Below are positions 9,723 through 19,100 of a DNA stretch of 64,000 nucleotides, piece after piece (positions within the stretch are counted from its first letter, which is position 1; each line of letters opens with the position of its first letter). The position numbers and the translations under genes are program-made. The notes under the pieces were generated by a model. The model made no database searches. It worked only from the letters and a program-made list of their open reading frames with translations, and had not been told where the DNA came from. Source of the DNA: an uncultured Acidobacteriota bacterium (lineage in GTDB: Bacteria > Acidobacteriota > Vicinamibacteria > Vicinamibacterales > CAVVIG01); assembly GCA_963724725.1 (NCBI GenBank), contig CAVRVT010000001.1:93874-157873 (forward strand), given 5' to 3'.

Positions 9723-10095
9723 CGAATCGCGAGATGTTGGATCGAGGCGCCGGATTTCCGGCGCATCGTGATGGCGCAGCCGCTGCGCGAGTTCAGTATT
9801 TTGGAACAGCGCCGCTAACTGGGAAGCTGACTGGCAACCATGACGTTCACGATGAAGCGCGCGTAGCTCGCGAGCGCCCAGCTCCGGCGGCCGACGAGCA
9901 GCTCGTCACAGCTCCGGTGAGCTGCAGGCCCACAACCCGTCGGCGGCATCGCTTGGTCGCATCCCCTGCGCAGGTGGCCCTCACGAGCGTCACCGGCCAA
10001 TCCGCGTTCGCGAATGGCGCGCACCAGCCCGGCTTTGCCGCCGAACGCTACTCGGACCTTTCGCTGACTTCGCCCTCGGAAGTACTCAGACACCG

Positions 10096-10593
10096 TTACA
10101 ACCATCGTCGGACCCGCGCCCGGTATTGGTCGTAAGCCCTCCCAAACCGACGCGCGAGAAACGCTTCCTCCCTCAACACCACGCCGTAGTGCGTCAGCGC
10201 CACGACCGCCGGCAGCAACGCGAGCGACCACAGCTTGCCCAGCACCAGGGCGAGGCCCGCGTACGCGATCGAGCCGAAGAGATACATGGGATTCCTGGTG
10301 ACGCGGAACGGACCGCTGTCGACCAGGACAACCGGGGTCGCCGCGTTATGAATAGGCGTTCCGACCTTCTTCATCGTGGCCACCATCCAGGCGAACCCTG
10401 CCGCGCCAAGACAGAAAAGAATGCCGCCAAGAGCCCGCGCGCCAACGTGGAGCGGGCCGGAGATCCAGGGAGACGTCGGCCACATCGCCTCCAGTAAGAC
10501 ACCGAGGAGAAATCCGGTCAGGGGGATCAGGGGCGGGAAGACCACTACTTGAGAGTGCTCGAGTGCCGGAGGGCCCGTTTGCTGGTCCACCAT
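10096..10593 (-). CDS. Isoprenylcysteine carboxyl methyltransferase (ICMT)/phospholipid methyltransferase family membrane protein
   Basis: C-terminal 'VTRNPMYLFGSIAYAGLALVLG...EEAFLARRFGRAYDQYRARVRRWL', typical of the ICMT/PEMT family. ATG at 10593 lies within a conserved leader motif with RBS GGAGAC. Confidence 0.65.
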   Translation of the reverse strand: MVDQQTGPPALEHSQVVVFPPLIPLTGFLLGVLLEAMWPTSPWISGPLHVGARALGGILFCLGAAGFAWMVATMKKVGTPIHNAATPVVLVDSGPFRVTRNPMYLFGSIAYAGLALVLGKLWSLALLPAVVALTHYGVVLREEAFLARRFGRAYDQYRARVRRWL

Positions 10594-10642
10594 TCTGGTC
10601 TCCTGAATCATAGAGGTACTTGAGGTATGCCCGGCGCGCACT
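10584..10642 (-). promoter_or_regulatory. Conserved about 58-nt leader element, copy A, overlapping RBS and start of the ICMT-like gene
   Basis: Plus strand ggtccaccattctggtctcctgaatcatagaggtacttgaggtatgcccggcgcgcact is about 80% identical to 15128-15183. Confidence 0.5.
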
Positions 10643-10985
10643 CAGTGATGCTCGTACGGCGTCGCCCTCGGCAGTCGATCCGAGAGCTTCCAGGCAAAGA
10701 ACGCATCCGCGCTTCGTTCGCTCCACATGCGGATCACCGTCGATTCCGGCGACGATTTCGTCTTCGTCGAACCAGTCGGGCCGTCCGGCGCTGATGTCCG
10801 CGTGCGGGCAGTGCGCGTGTCATCCACGAGCGAGTACCTGCCGTATTCCGCTGGTGCAAGCCGTCGAACGGGTGCTGCCAAGGACGACCGTCGCATCGAT
10901 TGCGAAGATACCGGTGTGCTCCATGACTCCCGAGCGAGTCGAGCGAGCGCTCAAGGCGGCGCCGGATTCGTCCGCGCGCTCGCTT

Positions 10986-12137
10986 TCAACGCGCGCTTGG
11001 GTGAAGGCGCTGTCCTTGACAGCCGGGGCCTGAAAGGCCAAGGCCCGGCCCGGTCAGCATCGGGTACGCGGCCACATCGAGCACGCCGCCAGCGCCGAAC
11101 ATCAACGGAGGCTCACAGACATCGCGCGCGAGCAGAAACGTTCCAAACGCCCCTTCCTGCGCGACCAGCGCGCCGCCGGCAGCCCGGGCGACGGGTAGCG
11201 CCGCGCGTGTGAGGATGCTCGTCTCGCCCACCTGGGCGCCGACAATCACGCCAATGCCGGCGGCTCGTGCGGCATCGACGACCTCCAGCGAACGTATGAT
11301 GCCGCCCATCTTCGACACGCGCAGGTTGATCAGCCATTGGGACCGTGGGCCTGGAAGTCGTGACACCTGCTCGCGCCGCACGCAGCTCTCGTCCAGGATC
11401 ACCGGGCAGTTCAGCGCGCGCGAGAGGTCGGACAGTTCTGCGTACCGGTCCCTGCCGATCGGCTCTTCGACCGCGAAGAACTCATGGCCAAGCTGCTGCA
11501 GGGCGGTCCGGGCTTCTGCTCCGCTTCCCCAGACGTTGTTGGCATCCGCCCGAACACGGGCCGAGGCCGCCGGCCATTGCTCGCAGACGGTCAACTTCTC
11601 TCGATCGCGTTCGTGGTCTCCGGACAGCTTGACCTTGAAATCTCTGAAGCCGAACGACCAGTACCGTTCGGCCATCCCGTGGAACGCGCCCGGTGAGGCG
11701 TCCCCCAGAACAGCCGTGTAGTGAAAATTGCCGGCGAGCGCCGGCAGCGACAAGAGCGATTCAACGGTTGCACCGCTGGATCGGCCGAAGAGATCGAGCA
11801 GCGCCAGCTCGAGCGCGCACCACGCCGCCGGATGGCGATCGATTTCGCCTCGGTGCGAAATCACCCACGCGCGAAGCGATTCGACGTCGTCGATCTCTCG
11901 ACAGATCGTGGCCCGGTGCTGCTCGAGGAACGTTCGCGCCGAATCGACGGTTTCTCCGGTGACGTACGCGCGCGGGCACGATTCGCCGCGGCCCGCCGTC
12001 CCATCGGCCGCCAGGGCTTCGACCAGCACCGTCTCGGTTTCGGCCCGCTCGGCGGACGCGTGGCGGAATGCCGCTTTGAAGGGAATCCGGAGCTCGGTGA
12101 ACTGGAGCCGCTCGACGCGAACGCTAGCCGACGGCAT
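10986..12137 (-). CDS. Enolase-superfamily enzyme (mandelate racemase/muconate lactonising enzyme family; N-acyl amino acid racemase or dipeptide epimerase-like)
   Basis: 383-aa ORF with MR/MLE fold features: 'FKVKLSGD', 'VRADANNVW', 'ILDESC' and metal-ligand region 'EEPIGRDRYAELSDL'. Confidence 0.6.
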   Translation of the reverse strand: MPSASVRVERLQFTELRIPFKAAFRHASAERAETETVLVEALAADGTAGRGESCPRAYVTGETVDSARTFLEQHRATICREIDDVESLRAWVISHRGEIDRHPAAWCALELALLDLFGRSSGATVESLLSLPALAGNFHYTAVLGDASPGAFHGMAERYWSFGFRDFKVKLSGDHERDREKLTVCEQWPAASARVRADANNVWGSGAEARTALQQLGHEFFAVEEPIGRDRYAELSDLSRALNCPVILDESCVRREQVSRLPGPRSQWLINLRVSKMGGIIRSLEVVDAARAAGIGVIVGAQVGETSILTRAALPVARAAGGALVAQEGAFGTFLLARDVCEPPLMFGAGGVLDVAAYPMLTGPGLGLSGPGCQGQRLHPSAR

Positions 12138-13767
12138 ACCGCTCGAGGGGCAACGCCAGTTGCCGTTTGTACTGGAGGACGACCGGCTTGAACTGCCCCT
12201 CGCGCTGCCCGGCCCGCACGCAGGCGATCTTGTAAGCCTCTCCTGCTCCCGACTTGAGCCACGTGATCGTCAAAGGCGCGAGCCGGCCGCTCGCGCGCTT
12301 GCTGTGGTATTCGATGTTCAATTCCCCGAGGCGCTCGTCAACAGCCGCCGCGAGCTCCGCGGATGCGTGTGTCGGCGCGTCGTCTTCGAGGAAGAGGCTG
12401 TACAGCGAACGCTCCTCGTCCGCGACGAGCATGAAGAACGGAGCCGCGAGACGGTAGCGTCGAGCGGCGCCCTGAACGGCCTCGATGACCTGTGCCTCGT
12501 ACAGTTTTTCTCCTGTGAGGTTGGTGACGCCCCTGCCCTTCTGAACGAACCGAAGGAGCGGCGTCTCCCGGAAACGGCCCGTCACCTCGACGATGTCGTT
12601 CATGAAATAACGGTAGAGGCCCGCGGCAGTCGTCACGATGACGTAGTACCGCCTTCCGTCCACGAGGGCTTCGAGCCCTGCGCAGTCGCGCCGGCCGTTG
12701 TCCCAGTCATCCTGCTCGACGAACTCGAAGAAGGAATGATGAAGCGGCGGCAGGCCGGATGGCGTCTCCACGTCGAGCGCGATCGTGCCGCGGCATTCGG
12801 TGGACTGATATCCGAGCTCCATCACTTTCGTGCCCGCCGGCAGCGTCTGACGAAGCTTCTGAAGCGCGATCCCGCAGCTTCCGCCGGTCCACGTCGTGAC
12901 GAGCCTGATCTGGGGCCAGAGGTCCGCGAAAGTGAGCCTTGCGGTGCTGCGCAACTCCGACGCGCGCGAGCGGTCGGCCCTGACGTGATCCATCACGATC
13001 GTCCGCGTCTCGACGTCGAGCGCCTCGATCTCCGGGAACGATCCCGTCTCGAGGGAGCGCGCCAGGACGTCTCTCCGCTCGTTCAAGACGTCGAGCAGCC
13101 GCACGAACGTCGAGGGATTCGGAGATCCCAGATACGTGATGTTCCGGAAGGCCAGCGCGAGCCGGAGTATCACCAGGTACTTGGTGTCGTAGTCGGCGAT
13201 CGCCGACACCTTCGGCGGCAGCACGAATCGCGATCGCAGCGCCGACGGAAGCGACTCGTACAGATGCCCGGACACGGACCCGACGGTGTGCCCGGAGTCG
13301 AGGCGGCCTTCGACCGCAGACCCCATGATGCCGAGCGCCTTGCCCGAAAACGCCTCGGGACACGCGCGGTACTGCAGGTAGGTGAACAAGGCCTGCTCGG
13401 CGCGATGAATGCGCAAGGCACTTGGCGAAATGGGAATGTATTTGGGCTTGCCGGTCGAGCCGCTCGTCTGGGCGTAGAACACCGGGGCTTCCGTCGTCAG
13501 CGACGCCGCGCCGGTGCATCGCTGCCGCTCGATGTGAGCGCGCAGTGCGTCGTAGTCCTGAACCGGCACGCGCGCGCGGTAGTCGTCGGCCGATTTGATG
13601 CCGGCGAAGTTGTGCTCGGTTCCGAACTCCGTGTGCCGATTGGCACCGAGGATGTGGCGAAGGGCCTGGGCCTGGGCGACGTCAGGCCGCTCGGCGTGCC
13701 GGGCGACGGGCGCCCAGTACCGGACGGCGCACGCGAGCATCCCGCCGCGCAGCGCCCACGCCCGCAT
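12124..13767 (-). CDS. GH3-family acyl-acid amido synthetase-like adenylating enzyme
   Basis: GH3 signatures 'LRHILGANRHTEFG' and 'YAQTSGSTGKPKYIP' in a protein of about 547 aa. Start overlaps the stop of the hydroxylase gene (TAATG). Confidence 0.7.
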   Translation of the reverse strand: MRAWALRGGMLACAVRYWAPVARHAERPDVAQAQALRHILGANRHTEFGTEHNFAGIKSADDYRARVPVQDYDALRAHIERQRCTGAASLTTEAPVFYAQTSGSTGKPKYIPISPSALRIHRAEQALFTYLQYRACPEAFSGKALGIMGSAVEGRLDSGHTVGSVSGHLYESLPSALRSRFVLPPKVSAIADYDTKYLVILRLALAFRNITYLGSPNPSTFVRLLDVLNERRDVLARSLETGSFPEIEALDVETRTIVMDHVRADRSRASELRSTARLTFADLWPQIRLVTTWTGGSCGIALQKLRQTLPAGTKVMELGYQSTECRGTIALDVETPSGLPPLHHSFFEFVEQDDWDNGRRDCAGLEALVDGRRYYVIVTTAAGLYRYFMNDIVEVTGRFRETPLLRFVQKGRGVTNLTGEKLYEAQVIEAVQGAARRYRLAAPFFMLVADEERSLYSLFLEDDAPTHASAELAAAVDERLGELNIEYHSKRASGRLAPLTITWLKSGAGEAYKIACVRAGQREGQFKPVVLQYKRQLALPLERYAVG

Positions 13768-14633
13768 TACCGGCTGAAGGGAGCGCGCATCAGCGCCCAG
13801 AAGGACTTCGGATAGGCGGGGTCCTGCAGTCCGAGCGCCTGCACGGCGCGCTCCGTCGGCAGGAACCAGGTTCCGAACACGAGGTCCCAGATGATCACGG
13901 TGTTGCCGTAGTTCGCGTTGGACTCGCGAGGGACCCTCGAGTGGTGCCATCGATGGGTTTCAGCGCTTCCGACGATGTAGTTGAGAACGCCGTAGCGGAT
14001 GTCGATGTTGCAATGCTGGAAGAATCCGTTCGACGCGTACGCGATGTAGTAGAGCGAGAGCACCGTCGGATCGACCGCCATCAACACGAACGGCACGCTA
14101 TCGAGCATCATCTGCAGGACTTTTTCGAGCAGGTGAAATCGCGCCGTATTCAGCCAGTACAACTGCTCCACCGAATGGTGGACGGAATGCAGGCGCCACA
14201 GCGTGTCGCTCTCGTGCGACGCGCGATGCAGCCAGTACCGGAGGAAGTCAACGACCAGAACCATCAGCACCGCCTGGAGCCAGATGGGCCAGGCATGGGG
14301 CCACAGCGCCGCGATGGGCAGGTTGAGCGCCCGCGCCGGCTTAATTAGTGCGTACGCGAACACGAAACCCACGAGCGGCGGGAATGCGAGCTGCACGGCA
14401 GTCATGAACTCGAGATCGGTTTTGACCTCGCTGACCGGCGGACGCCAGTCGCCTCGATATGGGAACCTCCACTCGAGCGCCATCACCAGCATCGCTGCGA
14501 GGACGACCGGCACGTACGTGCTGACAACGAGCGGCACGCCGAGACCGCGCATCAGCGCGAAAACGACGAATGTCGTGATCATCACGGCGGGATAGTGCAG
14601 GAACGGTAACCACGCCGCGCGTTCCGCTGGCAT
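13767..14633 (-). CDS. Fatty acid hydroxylase/sterol desaturase superfamily membrane enzyme
   Basis: Histidine boxes 'HRASHESD', 'HSVHHS' and 'HRWHHS'. Multiple TM helices. Confidence 0.7.
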   Translation of the reverse strand: MPAERAAWLPFLHYPAVMITTFVVFALMRGLGVPLVVSTYVPVVLAAMLVMALEWRFPYRGDWRPPVSEVKTDLEFMTAVQLAFPPLVGFVFAYALIKPARALNLPIAALWPHAWPIWLQAVLMVLVVDFLRYWLHRASHESDTLWRLHSVHHSVEQLYWLNTARFHLLEKVLQMMLDSVPFVLMAVDPTVLSLYYIAYASNGFFQHCNIDIRYGVLNYIVGSAETHRWHHSRVPRESNANYGNTVIIWDLVFGTWFLPTERAVQALGLQDPAYPKSFWALMRAPFSR

Positions 14634-14641
14634 ACCGACCT

Positions 14642-15088
14642 TTATCGGACGGAGGATCGCGCGGCCCCAAGGCTCCAGTGGAAATGCCCGTACACCAGCA
14701 CCCAGCCGGCAAGAACGAGATGGAACATCGTCGGGACCGGGCTGGCAAACCAGCGCGATTGACTGAGGATAGTCAGGCCGAGGACGAGCCGCGCCAGCAT
14801 GCTCACGAAATACACGCCCCCGAAAGCCAGCGCGGCCACGCCAACCGCGTGTCGTGGCCTGACCGCTCCAATACTGAAGCGATAGTTCGTCCAGCCCATG
14901 GCGACGAGAATCATCAGCTGCAAGGCGAGCAACACACCGTAGGGAAGGGTCGCGCTGTGCCAGGACTCGAACGCCGGCAGGCCGGTGTTGACGACCAGCG
15001 AGAGCGGCTGCGCGACAACGCGAAAGGCAAAGAGACCGAACAGCAGCCATCCAGCGATGGCATGACGATCCGAAGGGACGGTTCGCAT
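14642..15088 (-). CDS. Integral membrane protein (148 aa, 4 TM), first gene of the minus-strand cluster
   Basis: Hydrophobic ORF with ATG at 15088, directly upstream of the hydroxylase gene. Confidence 0.5.
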   Translation of the reverse strand: MRTVPSDRHAIAGWLLFGLFAFRVVAQPLSLVVNTGLPAFESWHSATLPYGVLLALQLMILVAMGWTNYRFSIGAVRPRHAVGVAALAFGGVYFVSMLARLVLGLTILSQSRWFASPVPTMFHLVLAGWVLVYGHFHWSLGAARSSVR

Positions 15089-15127
15089 CCGAGATCGTTA
15101 TCGGGCGTGCCGGAGCGTCCGTTTACG

Positions 15128-15183
15128 GGTCCACCGTTCTGGTCTCCCGCATCGCAGGTGTCGAGGTGTCCCCGGCGCGCACT
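15128..15183 (-). promoter_or_regulatory. Conserved about 58-nt leader element, copy B, in the divergent intergenic region
   Basis: ggtccaccgttctggtctcccgcatcgcaggtgtcgaggtgtccccggcgcgcact lies 40-95 nt upstream of the membrane-protein start and overlaps the 5' side of the divergent creatininase-family gene. Confidence 0.5.
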
Positions 15184-15237
15184 AGAATGAGCGCGCGAAC
15201 ACATCACGGACTGGGGATCGACGTGCGTATTGCCGAC

Positions 15238-15927
15238 ATGAACTGGATGCAGGTCGAGGAATATCTGCGGCACGACGACCGGGCGGTGTTGCCGCTCGGC
15301 AGCACGGAGCAGCACAGCCATCTGCGGCTCACGGTCGATTGCATCCTCCCCGAACGTGTGGCGGCCGACGCCGCCGAGCCCCTCGGCGTGCCGGTGTTTC
15401 CAGTGATGCCGTACGGCGTCACGCCGTACTTCCGCGAGTTTCCCGGCTCGATCTCGCTGCGGGTCGAGACGCATCTGCGCGTCGTGGGCGACATCCTGGG
15501 CGGGATGGCCCACAGCGGATTTCGCCGCATCCTGATCGTCAACGGACACGGCGGCAACAGCGCCGTGCAGCAGTTCGCGCTCGAATGGGCCGCCGATCAT
15601 CCTGGTTGCCGGGTGCTCTTCCACAATTGGTGGAACGCGCCGCGCACGTGGGCCAAGGTGCAGGAGATCGATCCGGTGGCATCACACGGCTCGTGGATCG
15701 AAAACTTCCCGTGGACGCGCCTCCCCGGGGTGAGCATGCCGGGCACCGGGCGCCCGATGGTTGACATGGCGCGGGTGCGCGCCCTCGATCCGGTCGCGCT
15801 GCGTCAGTATCTCGGCGACGGCAACTTCGGTGGGATGTATCAGCGCTCGGATGATGAGATGCTCGCGCTGTGGCAGATCGCCGTGGACGAGACACGCGCG
15901 CTGCTGACGGGCTCGTGGGGCGACTGA
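15238..15927 (+). CDS. Creatininase-family amidohydrolase (creatinine amidohydrolase/MftE-like); start may be upstream at 15187 or 15166
   Basis: 'LPLGSTEQHSHLRLTVD', 'ILIVNGHGGN' and 'HGSWIEN' motifs of the creatininase family. Confidence 0.65.
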   Translation: MNWMQVEEYLRHDDRAVLPLGSTEQHSHLRLTVDCILPERVAADAAEPLGVPVFPVMPYGVTPYFREFPGSISLRVETHLRVVGDILGGMAHSGFRRILIVNGHGGNSAVQQFALEWAADHPGCRVLFHNWWNAPRTWAKVQEIDPVASHGSWIENFPWTRLPGVSMPGTGRPMVDMARVRALDPVALRQYLGDGNFGGMYQRSDDEMLALWQIAVDETRALLTGSWGD

Positions 15928-15931
15928 GGCC

Positions 15932-16954
15932 ATGCGATCGCTCATCTGGGGTGCGGGAGCGATCGGCGGGACGCTGGGCGCGTATCTCGCGCGCGCCGGC
16001 CATGACGTCACCCTGGTCGACACGGCCGGCGAGCACGTGGACGCCATCATGCGTGACGGGCTCCGCCTGACCGGGCCGATTGACGAGTTCACGGTGCGCG
16101 TGCCCGCGGTCACGCCGCAGACGGACAACGTCACCTGGGGCACGTGGGACCAGATCATCCTGGCGACGAAGGCGCATCACACCGACGTCGCTGTCCGCGC
16201 CTTGCTTCCCCACCTCACTGCAGGTGGATACGTGGTATCGGCACAAAACGGACTCAACGAGCTCGCGATCGCGGAGGTCGTTGGCGCCGAGCGCACGGTC
16301 GGCGCGTTCGTCAACTTCGGCGCTGATTACCTGGAACCCGGGGTGATTCACTACGGCGGTCACGGCGCCGTCGTCCTGGGTGAGATCGACGGCCGAATCA
16401 CGCCTCGCGTCACCGCGCTTCGCGACGCGTGGCACCGGTTCGATCCGCGCGCGATGGTCACGTCCAATATCTGGGGCTATCTGTGGGGCAAGGAAGCCTA
16501 CGGCGCCATGCTGTTCGCGACGGCGCTCACCAACGAATCCATCGCCGACGCGCTCGCCATGCGCGCCTACCGGCCTTTGTACATCGCGCTCGCGCGCGAG
16601 ATCCTGGGGGTCGCCTCGGCCCGCGCCGTTCGGCCCGAGGCGTTCGACGGGTTCGACCCCGCGGCATACTTCGCCACTGCACCCGCCGGCGCGGCGGAGC
16701 GTTCGCTCGACGCTCTGGTAGCGCACAACCGGCGCTCGGCCAAGTCGCACAGCGGCATCTGGCGGGACCTCGCGGTGCGGAAGCGGCCCACCGAAGTCGA
16801 CGCGCAGCTCGGCATCGTGGTCGCGCTGGGGGCCGAGGCCCGCGTGCCGACGCCGCTCACTGCGCGCCTCGTGACGCTGATTCACGAGATCGAGCGCGGC
16901 GAGCGGTCGCAGTCGCTCGGCACGCTGGACGCCCTTGCCGCCACTCACCCATGA
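15932..16954 (+). CDS. 2-dehydropantoate 2-reductase (ketopantoate reductase, PanE/ApbA family)
   Basis: N-terminal Rossmann 'IWGAGAIGGTLGAYLARAGHDVTLV' and ApbA C-terminal domain. Confidence 0.65.
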   Translation: MRSLIWGAGAIGGTLGAYLARAGHDVTLVDTAGEHVDAIMRDGLRLTGPIDEFTVRVPAVTPQTDNVTWGTWDQIILATKAHHTDVAVRALLPHLTAGGYVVSAQNGLNELAIAEVVGAERTVGAFVNFGADYLEPGVIHYGGHGAVVLGEIDGRITPRVTALRDAWHRFDPRAMVTSNIWGYLWGKEAYGAMLFATALTNESIADALAMRAYRPLYIALAREILGVASARAVRPEAFDGFDPAAYFATAPAGAAERSLDALVAHNRRSAKSHSGIWRDLAVRKRPTEVDAQLGIVVALGAEARVPTPLTARLVTLIHEIERGERSQSLGTLDALAATHP

Positions 16955-17718
16955 ACCTGGACTTCAGCGGAAAGACAGCCATCGTCACCGGGGCCGCGCA
17001 TGGATTCGGGCGCGCGATCAGCGTGGCGTTCGCCGAGCGCGGCGCACACGTCTGGGTGTGTGACGTGCTCGACAACGAACTCCGCGAGACGGAAACCCTG
17101 TGCCGCAGCGCCGGGGGATCGTGCCGCGCGGTGGTCGCCGACGTGCGCGACCGGTCCGCCGTCGACGCATGCGTCGCCGCGGCGTCTGCGGCCTCGGGTC
17201 GTGTGGACATCCTGGTGAACAACGCCGGTGGCGTGCTGGGACAGGTGGGACGGCCGCTCGAGCAGATTACGCCCGAGGAGTGGCGTGCGATCTTCGACGT
17301 CAACGTCACCGGCGCGTTCTACTTCTCGCAGGCGGTGGCGCCCGGCATGAAGGCCGCGCGCGGTGGACGAATCGTCAACATCTCGAGCGGCGCGGGACTC
17401 GGCATCAGCCTCACCGGTATCCAGGCGTACGCGTCAGCCAAGGCCGCGCAAATAGGACTCACACGGCAGCTCGCCCACGAACTGGGGCCGTGGGGCATCA
17501 CGGTCAACAACATCGCGCCGGGTTTTGTGCGATCGAACCCGACCACCGAGAGGCAGTGGGAGTCGTACGGCGAGGAGGGTCAGCGCGCGCTCGTCGATCG
17601 GATCGCCCTCAAGCGTCTGGGCACTCCCGACGACATCGCCTACGGCGTGCTGTTCTTCGCGTCCGACTATGCCAGCTGGATCAGCGGCCAGGTGCTCTCG
17701 ATCGACGGTGGGAAATGA
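16951..17718 (+). CDS. Short-chain dehydrogenase/reductase (SDR)
   Basis: 'KTAIVTGAAHGFGRAI', 'NNAG' and catalytic 'YASAKAA' motifs. Start ATGA overlaps the panE-like stop. Confidence 0.75.
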   Translation: MNLDFSGKTAIVTGAAHGFGRAISVAFAERGAHVWVCDVLDNELRETETLCRSAGGSCRAVVADVRDRSAVDACVAAASAASGRVDILVNNAGGVLGQVGRPLEQITPEEWRAIFDVNVTGAFYFSQAVAPGMKAARGGRIVNISSGAGLGISLTGIQAYASAKAAQIGLTRQLAHELGPWGITVNNIAPGFVRSNPTTERQWESYGEEGQRALVDRIALKRLGTPDDIAYGVLFFASDYASWISGQVLSIDGGK

Positions 17719-19100
17719 GGACGAACGAGGGCGTGCTGGCGCATCTGCGGGCGAATCACGATCGAATCTTCAGCAAGCTCGTCGAGTTCGCTTCGATTCC
17801 GAGCGTGAGCACCGATCCCGCGCACGCGGCGGACATAGACCGGGCGGCACGCTGGGTAGCCGCCACGGTGTCGGCCGCCGGACCGTTCACGCTGCGCAAC
17901 CTTCCGACCGCCGGCCATCCGGTCGTGTATGGCGAGTGGCTGGGCGCGCCGGGTAAGCGCACACTGCTGGTGTACGGTCACTACGACGTGCAGCCGCCCG
18001 ATCCGCTCGACAAGTGGCACACCGCTCCGTGGACGCCAACCGTGCGCGACGGCCGCCTCTACGCGCGCGGCGTGTCCGACGACAAGGGGCCGATGCTGAT
18101 TCCGATCGCGGTGGCCGAGGCGTTCTTCGCGACGGCCGGCTGCCTGCCCGTCAACGTGAAGTTCATGTTCGAGGGCGAGGAAGAGATCGGCAGCCGCCAC
18201 CTCGACGCCTTCGTGCAGCAGCAGAAGGAGCTCCTCGCGGCGGACGTCGTCGTATCGGCGGACGGCGCGATGTGGCGCATCGACGAGCCGTCGCTCACCG
18301 TGGCGAGCCGCGGACTGTGCGGACTCGAACTCACACTCATGGCGGCCACGAAAGATTTGCACTCGGGTCGACACGGCGGCGGCGTGGCGAATCCGCTGCA
18401 TGCGATGGCCGCGCTCATAGCCTCGCTGCACGAGTCCAACGGTCGGGTGGCGGTGGCGGGTTTCTACGACGAGGTCCGCGCGTTGTCGTCCGACGAGCGC
18501 GCGGCGCTTGCCGCATTGCCGTACGACGAGCAGGCGTACCTCGCGCAGGTCGGCGCGCCGTCCGCGTTCGGCGAGCCCGGCTACACGACCCTCGAGCGTC
18601 AGTGGACGCGGCCTACGCTCGAGGTCAACGGCATGTGGGGCGGCTACCAGGGACCTGGCCAGAAGACGGTGATCCCGTGCGAGGCGCGCGCGAAGATCAC
18701 CTGCCGGCTCGTGCCCGATCAGGATCCGGAGGCGATCGCGGCGCGAGTGGCGCGACATCTCGAGGCCCATGTGCCTCAGGGCGCCCGCCTGTCGCTGACC
18801 CTCGCGGACCACGGCTCCCGTGCGACGCACATCAGGTCGGATCACTTCGCGTTGAAGGCGGCAGATGCCGCCCTGCAGGCCACGTACGGCGTGCGGCCTC
18901 TCGTGGTGCGCATGGGCGGCACCGTGCCGATCGCGGAGCTGTTCCAGCGCCACCTCGGACTCGACACCGTCTTCTTCTCGTTCTCCACGGCGGACGAGGA
19001 CTTCCATGCGCCCAACGAGTTCTTCCGCGTGCACCGTCTGCACGAAGGACTCGAGGCCTGGGCGCGGTACTGGGACATCCTCGGCGAGGCAAACGCATGA
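17715..19100 (+). CDS. M20-family metallopeptidase (dipeptidase / ArgE-DapE-CPG2-like amidohydrolase)
   Basis: 'GHYDVQP', 'RGVSDDKGP' and 'FEGEEEIGS' metal-binding motifs. Start overlaps the SDR stop. Confidence 0.75.
   Translation: MRTNEGVLAHLRANHDRIFSKLVEFASIPSVSTDPAHAADIDRAARWVAATVSAAGPFTLRNLPTAGHPVVYGEWLGAPGKRTLLVYGHYDVQPPDPLDKWHTAPWTPTVRDGRLYARGVSDDKGPMLIPIAVAEAFFATAGCLPVNVKFMFEGEEEIGSRHLDAFVQQQKELLAADVVVSADGAMWRIDEPSLTVASRGLCGLELTLMAATKDLHSGRHGGGVANPLHAMAALIASLHESNGRVAVAGFYDEVRALSSDERAALAALPYDEQAYLAQVGAPSAFGEPGYTTLERQWTRPTLEVNGMWGGYQGPGQKTVIPCEARAKITCRLVPDQDPEAIAARVARHLEAHVPQGARLSLTLADHGSRATHIRSDHFALKAADAALQATYGVRPLVVRMGGTVPIAELFQRHLGLDTVFFSFSTADEDFHAPNEFFRVHRLHEGLEAWARYWDILGEANA

Noticed and set aside
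9723-10095. 175-aa plus-strand ORF (9608-10135) between the GT9 and ICMT-like genes
   Set aside because: Arg/Pro/Ala-rich composition with no RBS or motif. It probably sits in a non-coding interval between two minus-strand genes.
10642-10985. Small ORFs (84 aa and 73 aa, minus strand) between the enolase-family gene and the leader motif
   Set aside because: No recognisable motifs, and they overlap each other in different frames. The interval is better treated as a 340-bp intergenic/leader region.
11728-13815. 695-aa ORF on the plus strand
   Set aside because: It lies antisense to the GH3 and enolase genes and is Arg/Ala-rich with no motifs. This is the typical shadow ORF of high-GC DNA. The same applies to 7614-8429(+), 15539-16948(-), 17667-19160(-), 26371-27906(+), 51907-54051(-) and many others in the track.
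15166-15237. Upstream extension of the creatininase-family ORF (MSPARTRMSARTHHGLGIDVRIAD...)
   Set aside because: The extension overlaps the conserved leader element and has no family similarity. The family N-terminus normally begins near the 'MNWMQVEEYL' position, so the longer start is only an alternative.
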